Origin: Pyrobaculum aerophilum str. IM2
GTDB taxonomy: Archaea; Thermoproteota; Thermoprotei; Thermoproteales; Thermoproteaceae
NCBI RefSeq assembly: GCF_000007225.1
Contig: NC_003364.1
Span: 630,001-662,000, forward strand
DNA: 32,000 nucleotides
Reading direction: 5' to 3'
Shown here: in pieces, positions 8,625 through 16,297 of the stretch
Numbering within the stretch: the first letter of the stretch is position 1
Layout: each line of letters opens with the position of its first letter
Translations under genes and position numbers: made by a program
Notes under the pieces: model-generated
Databases searched by the model: none
Told to the model about the DNA's origin: nothing
What the model saw: only the letters and a program-made list of their open reading frames with translations

Positions 8625-9257
8625 CTAATAATACAGCTTTTTTAAACTCACCACGGCCTTTGTTCCATCTAGTACCGCCTCGGCGTAGTAGCCGTCTTTC
8701 AAGGGGCCTGGGTTGACGACGATCGTATCGCCGATTATGTCAATGCCTCTATCCTCGTGTATGTGGCCGTGGACGGAGAGAATCGGTTGTTTTTCCTCGA
8801 TGTATTTCTTAACCGCCAGGCTGCCAACTGGCCTTACCCCGCCCACTTTGTCTAAATGTCCCCTCGGCGGGTTGTGGACCACCAAGACGTGGGGCGTGGG
8901 CGTAAGGGAGTAGAGTAGCCCCTGGAGATCCTCTTCCGACACTCTGAACAAGTCGTTGAAGGGCGTCGGGAGGCTCCCCCCGGCGCCTCCGATCACGTAG
9001 GGGCCCAGCCTTTGAGTCCTCCCGTGGACAGGCTTAATAGAGTCCTTCTCAAACCCGGCCAGCTCCGGAGGGTCTGTATTCCCCGGCACGAAGTACACAG
9101 GGGCTATCCCGGCGAGAGCCTCCAGCGCCTCCACAGCCGCCTCAACGCTCCGCTTGTAGGTGAAGTCGCCAGCCGCTATTACCGCGTCGTAACTGCCCCG
9201 GATTAATCTCACTTGTTTAACTCCGTCGTGTACATCGGCGACTAGTAGCAGGCGCAT
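8625..9257 (-). CDS. Metallophosphoesterase (calcineurin-like, MJ0936/YfcE type)
   Basis: 210-aa ORF with the motif series DVHDG, GDF, GNTD, VHNPP and HGHIHE. Confidence 0.85.
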   Translation of the reverse strand: MRLLLVADVHDGVKQVRLIRGSYDAVIAAGDFTYKRSVEAAVEALEALAGIAPVYFVPGNTDPPELAGFEKDSIKPVHGRTQRLGPYVIGGAGGSLPTPFNDLFRVSEEDLQGLLYSLTPTPHVLVVHNPPRGHLDKVGGVRPVGSLAVKKYIEEKQPILSVHGHIHEDRGIDIIGDTIVVNPGPLKDGYYAEAVLDGTKAVVSLKKLYY

Positions 9258-9473
9258 TTGCGCTTTAAGATATTCTGTTTTAAACTTGACGGCGCTAGTT
9301 AATGCGCCTCCCTACATTTATATAACAACATGTAGAACGGCGACTAGGCAAAGCAAAAGCGACACTGGGAAGCACTCTCCAACACTCGCCAAAGTCCCCG
9401 GGCGTACCCAGACCTCACAGCCCCCTCGCTTTTTAACGCGGAAAGGACACTGAATAGGAAATACTACTATAGC

Positions 9474-9504
9474 GCAATGTTTATAAATCCGTTTTTTTTG
9501 AGGC
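9474..9504 (+). promoter_or_regulatory. Conserved promoter/leaderless-start box, copy C
   Basis: GCAATGTTTATAAATCCGTTTTTTTTGAGGC directly precedes ATG 9505. The TATA element TTTATAAA starts 25 nt upstream of the ATG. Confidence 0.7.
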
Positions 9505-11625
9505 ATGTTGCCGAGATCTCTTCTAGTAATGGCGTTGGCGGCTTGGGCTGTGTTGCTAACAGCGCAGGGACCGCCTGGGGAGCTGTTCTGCGCCTCGGCG
9601 GGGGAGCTGGGGCTTGCGGGAGAGCCGTCAACGCTTATGTTCTCAGTGTTTGAAAGGGGGTCTTGGAGGCCTGCCGCCGCATATATAGAGCCGGAGAACG
9701 TCACCTTCCTCCTCGTGCCGCTCCTCACTAGAAACGACACTGACATATCTAAAGCCGCGGTGCCGGGCAGGCTCCCGCCCCCTGTCTTGAGAAACGAGAC
9801 AGTGGTGTGTTTTGAGGCCGCCCCGGGGAGGCCTGCGGTGGATCCGCCCGCGCCAGGCCTCCTCATAGTGGCAGAGAAGAGGGTGGCTAAATACCACGTC
9901 TTCGTCGCCAGGGCAGAAGACGTGGAGAACCCCGCCAATTTTACGCTTGCTTTGCCCAATAAGGCCGAGGGGAAGAGGCCGGACAAGGTAGAACTGGCAG
10001 ACCAACGCCCGCCTCGCGGCGGCAAGAAAAAACAACAGCCAGAGGCAGAGGTGCAGTCTGTAAATAGCCTAAGCTACTGGGCCGCCTTCAAGCTGTATAA
10101 ACTGACCTCTGCCTCCCTGGCGCCAGGCGCGTGTCTATCCACTACCTTCGACGTGCCAGAGGGAACGCGGCAGGCGGCAGTGGTCTTAACAGGCGGCACA
10201 ACACCTGGGACGTATCAATACACTATAACCAACACCTTAAGTCCGTCCAACAGGTGGAGCGGCACGGTAACTGTACCCCAGGGATCTCCGCAAACTGCGG
10301 TGCAGTGGTTGCCCTCTGGCAGAGCCCAGTACTACGTAGAGATATGTAATAGAAACTCCCAAACCGCCACCGTCTACACCTCGGTGTTACTCCAAGCCCA
10401 GAACCAGCAGTATTTTAGAAACGACGTAATTAGAACTCCTAGGATCTACATCCTCACCTACTTGCCTGTATACTGTAGTAATTATGGCCTCTGTCCGAGC
10501 AACACGCATGTAATATATGAAAACTCTTACTTCGCCATTCCTGGGTTTTATGTAGACGCCGCCTCCTACATCTTCCTCGAAATATACGTAAAAGTGCCAA
10601 AAGAGGCCGCTAAGTCCGACCCAGTTACGGTGTACTGGGGAAGTATCCCTGTGGCAACTCTCTACGGCTATGACTCGGGGAACACCAAAATCTACTCAGG
10701 CAGCGTGGTGATACCAGACAGCTATTTGATGTTCCTCCTACCCACTTACGGCCTAGGAGGAGTTATCTCAATAGGCCCCTTTACCATCTACGCAAACTCT
10801 GCATATGAAGTGGAAGTAAAGGCGGCTGTGAGGAAGCCGCAGGAACTCGCCCCAGCAGGTGACGCAACAGTATACAATACGTTAGTAAGAAGATTCAGAG
10901 AGTCCTTTCTCTTCTTTAACCGGAGAGCATTTATAGCAGACATAGACTATGCAAGAGCAGGTGGGGCAAGTGGCGAGCTCGTTATAAGTACTAAGCCGGT
11001 TGTAGATATTGGCGCACCGCCATGGGCCAAGTACTCATACGTGACGTTCTACATAAGATTCTACGACGGCTCTATGAATCCGATAGAAATATCTGGAGGT
11101 AGCGCATTTGTTGTCAATACGACTTCGTGGTGGGGGAGTGCGTTGAAAAACTTGGCAATAGTTTCTGCAATTCTCCAGATTTATGATTTGATAAAGGGCA
11201 CTGTTGACGCTTTGAAGAAGGTGGCCACGGGCTTTCCAGTGATTGGATATGTGACTTTTGCCATGGACGCCATTATTAACGCCGCGGAGGCCAGTGTAAG
11301 CGTTGAAAGAGTTGATTCCTACACGTTGAAAGTCACTCTGTGGACAGGAGGATACGATAGGGATCCACTAGAGGCGAGAATATATTTTAACATACGGAGT
11401 GATCCGCAGTACGTCGCCGTTACGGGGGTTGAGTATAGTATTGGCGAATTAGGTTCTTGGATTACTGTACATAGAGTGGATAAGCCGGTTCTGCCGTACA
11501 CGTCATATGCGTATGTGGGAGGTGCCAGTAGCGTTACCTACTTCCCCTACAGGACTTTGACATGCGGCGTCCAAGAGTCTCTAGGTTATCCGTGGAATAA
11601 GTGTGACAGCGCGTATTATCGGTAG
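9505..11625 (+). CDS. Large secreted/surface protein, paralog C (unknown function)
   Basis: 706-aa ORF with a signal-like N-terminus (LLVMALAAWAVLLTA) and many sequons. It carries a VPGRLPPPV block, a charged linker (QRPPRGGKKKQQPEAE), an SWW motif followed by an amphipathic/hydrophobic segment ~165 aa from the C-terminus, and a C-terminal YTLKVTLWTGG block. Confidence 0.85.
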   Translation: MLPRSLLVMALAAWAVLLTAQGPPGELFCASAGELGLAGEPSTLMFSVFERGSWRPAAAYIEPENVTFLLVPLLTRNDTDISKAAVPGRLPPPVLRNETVVCFEAAPGRPAVDPPAPGLLIVAEKRVAKYHVFVARAEDVENPANFTLALPNKAEGKRPDKVELADQRPPRGGKKKQQPEAEVQSVNSLSYWAAFKLYKLTSASLAPGACLSTTFDVPEGTRQAAVVLTGGTTPGTYQYTITNTLSPSNRWSGTVTVPQGSPQTAVQWLPSGRAQYYVEICNRNSQTATVYTSVLLQAQNQQYFRNDVIRTPRIYILTYLPVYCSNYGLCPSNTHVIYENSYFAIPGFYVDAASYIFLEIYVKVPKEAAKSDPVTVYWGSIPVATLYGYDSGNTKIYSGSVVIPDSYLMFLLPTYGLGGVISIGPFTIYANSAYEVEVKAAVRKPQELAPAGDATVYNTLVRRFRESFLFFNRRAFIADIDYARAGGASGELVISTKPVVDIGAPPWAKYSYVTFYIRFYDGSMNPIEISGGSAFVVNTTSWWGSALKNLAIVSAILQIYDLIKGTVDALKKVATGFPVIGYVTFAMDAIINAAEASVSVERVDSYTLKVTLWTGGYDRDPLEARIYFNIRSDPQYVAVTGVEYSIGELGSWITVHRVDKPVLPYTSYAYVGGASSVTYFPYRTLTCGVQESLGYPWNKCDSAYYR

Positions 11626-12157
11626 TTTTGGGCTAAAGGCCTCTTTTTTCTTGTTTCTTTTTTCCTACTTGTTGCTGGCTGGGGTTCGCGCGGGGCTGTT
11701 TGAGTTTCCCCATTTCCTTCTGTTGGGGGCTTTGGCGTATTTAGCGGCTTATTACGTGGCTAGTGGGCGTTATCTCTTCCCCACGGCTGTTTACGGGGCT
11801 GGGCTTGGGCTTTTGGCCCTCAACAAGTTTCTGCCGCCTAGCGCCGTGTTCGGGCCTCTGCCCGTTGATTTGAGCTGGGCCACTTTCTACTTCCCCTTTG
11901 CCGCCGCGGCCCTTCTCTTGTACGCGGCCACTTTCGCCAGGGGGTTTGCGGCGAGGGCTCTCTCAGTACTTCTCCTGGCGCTGGCAGTGGCGCTGGGACA
12001 CTTCTACATGGTTTACGTGGGCTGGCTGTGGAGGGCCGTGGTGCCCTCCCTGGGGCTGGCCCCCGCCTTCCCCGAGCCCCAAGACGCGCCGCTATACATA
12101 CTGCTCTACGAGCTGTGGAGAGCTGTACACCAGCTCCCCCTCCGGCGCAAGGCTTAA
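11603..12157 (+). CDS. Small polytopic membrane protein, partner C'
   Basis: 184-aa ORF with a GTG start, overlapping gene C by 23 nt in the +1 frame. It has about 5 hydrophobic helices, the GLK and EPQDAPLY motifs, and a basic tail (RRKA). Confidence 0.7.
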   Translation: MTARIIGSFGLKASFFLFLFSYLLLAGVRAGLFEFPHFLLLGALAYLAAYYVASGRYLFPTAVYGAGLGLLALNKFLPPSAVFGPLPVDLSWATFYFPFAAAALLLYAATFARGFAARALSVLLLALAVALGHFYMVYVGWLWRAVVPSLGLAPAFPEPQDAPLYILLYELWRAVHQLPLRRKA

Positions 12158-12178
12158 TCCAAGACTCTACTGGCGTGG

Positions 12179-12330
12179 ATGCCCCCGCCTCTGGTGGCCG
12201 ATACATGCGGCGGAGTTGGGCAGGTGAGTCCTATCGGCGGCATTTACGACGCGGCAACAGCCGCCGGCGGCCAGGCAGAACGTCGAGGTTGCTGTGAAAG
12301 CGCTGGAGACACTCGCCGTGATAGCGCCGT
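12179..12330 (+). pseudogene. 5' fragment of a metallophosphoesterase gene (copy of 8625-9257, opposite orientation)
   Basis: It aligns to the first ~50 codons of the intact gene: PLVADTCGGVGQVSPIGGIYDAATAAGG vs LLVADVHDGVKQVRLIRGSYDAVIAAGD. By hand count, 55/77 nt are identical over one ungapped stretch. An internal deletion and a frame change follow (LETLAVIAPCI vs LEALAGIAPVY). It ends abruptly at ~12330. Confidence 0.8.
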
Positions 12331-12545
12331 GTATTTCAACCTACAGGCAGATTGCGTTGTCGACGATGTGGAAAACTCCCGCGGAGACGCAGGTAGGTGA
12401 TACACTTGTAAAGCTCAGATGCAAAAGCTGGAACAAAGGCGTATTTTTGAATGATGGCCGCATTAATGAGTTTGTATATAAAACTTAGTGTTTTAAACAC
12501 AAGGGTCTTTATGAAAACAGATATGTTTCCGCGGGCTTTACATCT
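12331..12545 (-). pseudogene. 5' fragment of a rhomboid protease gene (copy of 16298-, opposite orientation)
   Basis: A 26-nt run at 12427-12452 is identical to the reverse complement of 16412-16437. At protein level, INAAIIQKYAFVPAF matches LNPAVIQKYAFVPAL. Similarity continues upstream into the rhomboid promoter region (to ~12600 on the + strand). It is fused tail-to-tail to the phosphoesterase fragment. Confidence 0.8.
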
Positions 12546-12728
12546 CATAATAGCAAATCCACTGGCTAAATCTATACAAGAACCTACCACAGAGATACGG
12601 CGCTGAGGAGAGGCCGGAGCCTCGGCGCTGTCGCAACGCCCGCAGTCTCCCAAGCCAGTGCTCAACCCCTTGACGAGGGAGCCGACAGCAGTGCATACTC
12701 CAACGCCTTCGTAATCAAGTGATGATGC

Positions 12729-12759
12729 GCAATGTTTATAAATTCCGTTTGTTTGAGAT
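12729..12759 (+). promoter_or_regulatory. Conserved promoter/leaderless-start box, copy D
   Basis: GCAATGTTTATAAATTCCGTTTGTTTGAGAT directly precedes ATG 12760. The first 12 coding nt (ATGTTGCCGAGA) are identical to those of gene C. Confidence 0.7.
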
Positions 12760-14886
12760 ATGTTGCCGAGAATAGTTCTGTGGATTGCGATTGCGGCGTT
12801 TGTAATAGCTGGTTATGTTGACGTCCACGTAGAGGGCGGGCCAGACGTTGAGAGCCTGCATTTGTACGTATGGAACGGCTCCGACTGGACGCCTGTTTAT
12901 GTCATTTACCAGCCAGAGTTTATTGACACATACCTTGTCGCCACTGGCCAGTGGGTATTGATGCCCTACTACAACATGTCTAAATATGTCCTGCGCATTC
13001 CCAGGGCGGCTCTGGCGCCGCGGGGGCCTCCACAAGTCCCGCCGGGGCTAGAGCGCTGGACTCTGGAGGTGGAGAACGGGACTAGAAAAGCGGTCATAAC
13101 GCTGGCAGTGGGCAGAGACCCGCTGAGGCGCGGCAACACAACTCTGGCCACATGGAAGGCGCTTGGTCAAGAAATAGTGAAGACGCCAAACCGGGGCAAA
13201 ATTGACAGGCCGCCTAGGAGGGGGCCTCAGAACAGCCCAGATGGCGGCGATGTTGCAACCGCCAGCTACGCCGTGTCTACAGGCGCTACCGTATACCCCA
13301 TTGGAAGCCTCTATTTCAAATCGGCCTCCGTTGCTGGCACCTTCAGCACATACCTGCCCGTTGACTCGCCCACGGGCGAGACGAGGCTGTGCGGCTTGGA
13401 CAATATGCACTGGGTTGGGTTTGAAGTTCAAAACTTCACCTTAGGGATTAAGGTGGATGGATATGTCACCGGGGGCTACCTCACTCTAGAAATTTACAAC
13501 TTAGACACGTGCACCTTAATAAGCAACACGCTCTTCGCACTTCCAAATACCGGGACCTACTGGACAAATATACAGATTAGCCTCCCCCAAGACAGCCAAA
13601 TTGGCGTGAGGCTAAAGGCAAGCGGTAGCGCGGAAGTCGCGTCCATTTCAGCATATGTAGTTGCGAGGTATAAAAAGACTGTAAACAGCCTCGCCCAAAT
13701 AGCAACTTCGAAGGTTATTTCAGCCTCTGCTCCTAGAATAAGCGTAAGTGGCAGGTACAAAGTGGGAGTCCTCTACGGACCTTACGTCGCGTATGACGGC
13801 TTGGCGGGGAACTCCGCTGGTTCGAGCTACAGCAACGTATATGTTCCGCCGTCTACAGTAACGCTTACAGTGTATGGGCAGTACTGCCCGTTATTAAATG
13901 TACAGATTTATATCAACGGTATGTTATACACATCTGACCTTGTAAGCCCCGTCTCGACGACCCCTGCAGGTTATACTTGTACTTATAATGTTCCTTCGAA
14001 AACCTTACAGATATGGCCCAGGGAGTACGCAGTATCTAAGGCCACTTATTCGGGCGGGGGCATCTCAGTCACAGTGGTATATACATTTTGGGGAAGTAGC
14101 GCAACCATAAGCTTTTCCGACAGACTCCAAATAGTATATGACAGGTGGATAGAGCCGTTCCATTCGCGCTATATAGACGTCAGTACTGGATTACCCTATC
14201 TCCAGTGGGGGACTGTATTACTCTATAACACATTACAAATTTTAGGACCAGTCAACAGCTCCACTCTGAACATAGTAACGGAAATAAGGGCCAGAAACAA
14301 TGAATTGATAATATCTCTTGCGCACAACTTGCTAAATCCCATGTTTCATGTATGCGGCGCTGAGTGGGTAATAACAGCGCCTGTGGAAAGCCAGGGCATA
14401 AGTACTTATTACGACGGTTCCGCTGTTGAGGAGCCGTGGTGGGCGGCAACAGCAAAGAGAGTTTTAGATGCCATAGACTGGCTCTTGATATTTGCCCAGG
14501 GAGACAAGGGGACGTTGGCATCTCTCGCATTAAAAGTAGTATACAATGTGGTAAGCGCAGCCACTCCCCAAGTCTCTGTAACCAGTAGCAACGGAGTATA
14601 TAGAGTAACGTGGATTAGAGGCTGGGCCGATCCCATTCCATCAAACGTTGTGCTAATGTTAAGGCGTATGTCAGTTCCAGCGACTAGCCCGGCGTATGCG
14701 GAGTGGAGATATTTCAGAGACGGAGCGCCGAATATATTCGGTTGTATTCTCTCACCGTTTTACTACGTAGTAAATACCAATATGTACTTACCGCAAAGGC
14801 TTTTTAGTAGTGATGCCAGAGGGCGACTGATATGGACGTGGCGTGGGCAGACCAACTTAATATCGGAGGTGATAGTGACTGGGTAA
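12760..14886 (+). CDS. Large secreted/surface protein, paralog D (unknown function)
   Basis: 708-aa ORF with a signal-like N-terminus (IVLWIAIAAFVIAG) and many sequons. It carries the LRIPRAALAPRGPPQVPPG block, a charged linker (DRPPRRGPQNSPDGGD), the EEPWW motif ~150 aa from the C-terminus, and a C-terminal YRVTWIRGW block. Confidence 0.85.
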   Translation: MLPRIVLWIAIAAFVIAGYVDVHVEGGPDVESLHLYVWNGSDWTPVYVIYQPEFIDTYLVATGQWVLMPYYNMSKYVLRIPRAALAPRGPPQVPPGLERWTLEVENGTRKAVITLAVGRDPLRRGNTTLATWKALGQEIVKTPNRGKIDRPPRRGPQNSPDGGDVATASYAVSTGATVYPIGSLYFKSASVAGTFSTYLPVDSPTGETRLCGLDNMHWVGFEVQNFTLGIKVDGYVTGGYLTLEIYNLDTCTLISNTLFALPNTGTYWTNIQISLPQDSQIGVRLKASGSAEVASISAYVVARYKKTVNSLAQIATSKVISASAPRISVSGRYKVGVLYGPYVAYDGLAGNSAGSSYSNVYVPPSTVTLTVYGQYCPLLNVQIYINGMLYTSDLVSPVSTTPAGYTCTYNVPSKTLQIWPREYAVSKATYSGGGISVTVVYTFWGSSATISFSDRLQIVYDRWIEPFHSRYIDVSTGLPYLQWGTVLLYNTLQILGPVNSSTLNIVTEIRARNNELIISLAHNLLNPMFHVCGAEWVITAPVESQGISTYYDGSAVEEPWWAATAKRVLDAIDWLLIFAQGDKGTLASLALKVVYNVVSAATPQVSVTSSNGVYRVTWIRGWADPIPSNVVLMLRRMSVPATSPAYAEWRYFRDGAPNIFGCILSPFYYVVNTNMYLPQRLFSSDARGRLIWTWRGQTNLISEVIVTG

Positions 14887-14902
14887 AGACGCTTGCTTCC
14901 AA

Positions 14903-15397
14903 ATGATTAAAACGGCAAAAATACTGTTTTTTGTCTCTTTTTCTTTCACTCTTTTTTTGGCCTATTTAGTTAGCGATGGCATCTTTTACCCCTTCGGCGC
15001 TGGCACGTTCCTCGCCGGTTTGTACCTTACGCTAGTGGGGCTTATTTTTTTCTTCAGCGAGGTGCCGAAGATGCGCAGGCGGTTGCTGGAGGCTGTGGCA
15101 ATAATCCTCCTCTTCGCCTCGTTTCACCTGTTCCCGCCTCTTTCGCTGACGGCAATACCCGCTCTGTTTTTTATCTTGTTAATGCCAATATACCTTGGAT
15201 GGAAGCACCGTGTGTTTATAGACGTGGTGCACATAGTTTTGTGGCTGATCGCCTCGTCAGCTCTGGGATCGGCCTTGTATTGGCCTATGCCCAAGGCCTT
15301 TTGGTCCCAAGTTTTGACGGCCGGAGCCTCTTCCCTAGCCGCCCATTATTTCCTCTTAAAGGCCTACCCTCGCATAAAGAAGACACGGCGTATATAA
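14903..15397 (+). CDS. Small polytopic membrane protein, partner D'
   Basis: 164-aa ORF whose ATG lies 16 nt after the stop of gene D, again in the +1 frame relative to D. It has an F/L/S-rich first helix, about 5 hydrophobic helices and a basic tail (KKTRRI). Confidence 0.75.
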   Translation: MIKTAKILFFVSFSFTLFLAYLVSDGIFYPFGAGTFLAGLYLTLVGLIFFFSEVPKMRRRLLEAVAIILLFASFHLFPPLSLTAIPALFFILLMPIYLGWKHRVFIDVVHIVLWLIASSALGSALYWPMPKAFWSQVLTAGASSLAAHYFLLKAYPRIKKTRRI

Positions 15398-15774
15398 GTC
15401 TCTCAAATTACAGTTCTATGTCCAAAGCCGGAATTCGACAGCCTATTTTACTAAGTTTTTGCCCAATGAGGTGGCCGTCACAGCGGCTGGCCTCTGGATT
15501 ATTGACGCGGGGCGAGCAGTGCTCTATATGGAGGATAGATCTTATACTTACTCAAGAAGGCCCTGTGGATTTATGTAGTTTTAACGAGTAGCGCAAACTG
15601 CATCGAATACGCAGGCGGCGTTAAGGCGAGCGCCGTCTATGCCGTGCTCATAGGCCCTGCCATCCGAAAGGCGTAACTAATGGCGTGGCTTACCTACGAC
15701 AAATAACTCAATGCGTATTCTGACGGACATGTAAATACTCGGTTCTCCGCGGGCTTTGGATTCTGGCCTTAGGG

Positions 15775-16212
15775 GCTGTATTTGGGTTAAAGACTTTATC
15801 CACCCGTATCTGGCTGTGGGTTCTTCCAGAGGTTTTTTGAGCCGCCCATTTTCTCCTCGTGGGGACTTTGGCGCGATTAGCGGCTTGTTTTACGGCCTGC
15901 GGGCGCTATCTCATCTCGTCGTGATGCGCGGGGCTTTCTCGCCCTCGACAAGGCCCTCTCCCTAAGCGCAGTGTTAGGGCTATTGCCCGGAGACGCGGGC
16001 TGGACCGCTTTTCTAACTCCCCTCTGCCGCGTCGCTCTTATACGCAACTGTTTGCCGTGGGTGATTTGGGGCTAGAGCTCTCAGTTTTTATCACTGGCGT
16101 TTGCAGTGGCGCTGGGGTACTTCTTAGATCTTCGCTGGATATCTGCGGAGAGCCCTCGCACCTTCCCATGTCCTCGTCCCGGCCTTTCCAAGATGCGCGG
16201 CGGCGTGATTAA
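15775..16212 (+). pseudogene. Decayed fifth copy of the membrane-partner gene (closest to partner C')
   Basis: Nucleotide-level collinearity with 11621-12157. For example, GCTGTATTTGGGTTAAAGAC matches GGTAGTTTTGGGCTAAAGGC, and 16103-16116 is a 14-nt run identical to 11984-11997. The reading frame is broken by stops (first at 15966-15968) and by internal deletions near the 3' end. No cognate large gene lies upstream. Confidence 0.7.
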
Positions 16213-16297
16213 GGCCGGCGTCTGGCCTGGCAACTGGCTGTCTGTTTTCGGGGCGTCTTAGCCGAGGTAGTTTTTATATAACTGGGGCATTTAACCA

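Noticed and set aside
9318-10025. Long antisense or alternative-frame ORFs inside well-supported genes (for example 9318-10025 -, 9643-10035 -, 6554-7153 +, 7319-7858 +, 5725-6087 -, 21550-21951 -, 21958-22356 -, 23722-24180 +, 24295-24738 +, 30311-30736 -, 30633-31091 -)
   Set aside because: These are typical shadow ORFs of GC-rich coding sequence. Their products are Ser/Pro/Arg/Ala-rich and low in complexity, have no motifs, and overlap genes with strong motif support.
12719-12790. GTGATGA (C-box-like) at 12719-12725 just upstream of promoter box D, considered as a C/D box sRNA
   Set aside because: No CTGA D or D' box occurs at the required spacing downstream (only CTGT is present), and the sequence is already explained as promoter box plus gene start.
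15199-15591. 130-aa + strand ORF spanning the end of partner D' and the downstream gap
   Set aside because: Its first half is an alternative frame of the well-supported D' gene. The remainder has no hydrophobic or family features and no promoter-like element.
15742-15757. A 12-nt core TCCGCGGGCTTT (15746-15757) shared with 12528-12539 inside the rhomboid fragment, considered as a second rhomboid-gene scar upstream of the decayed partner gene
   Set aside because: The similarity does not extend convincingly beyond ~15 nt on either side when aligned by eye. It is too short to call.
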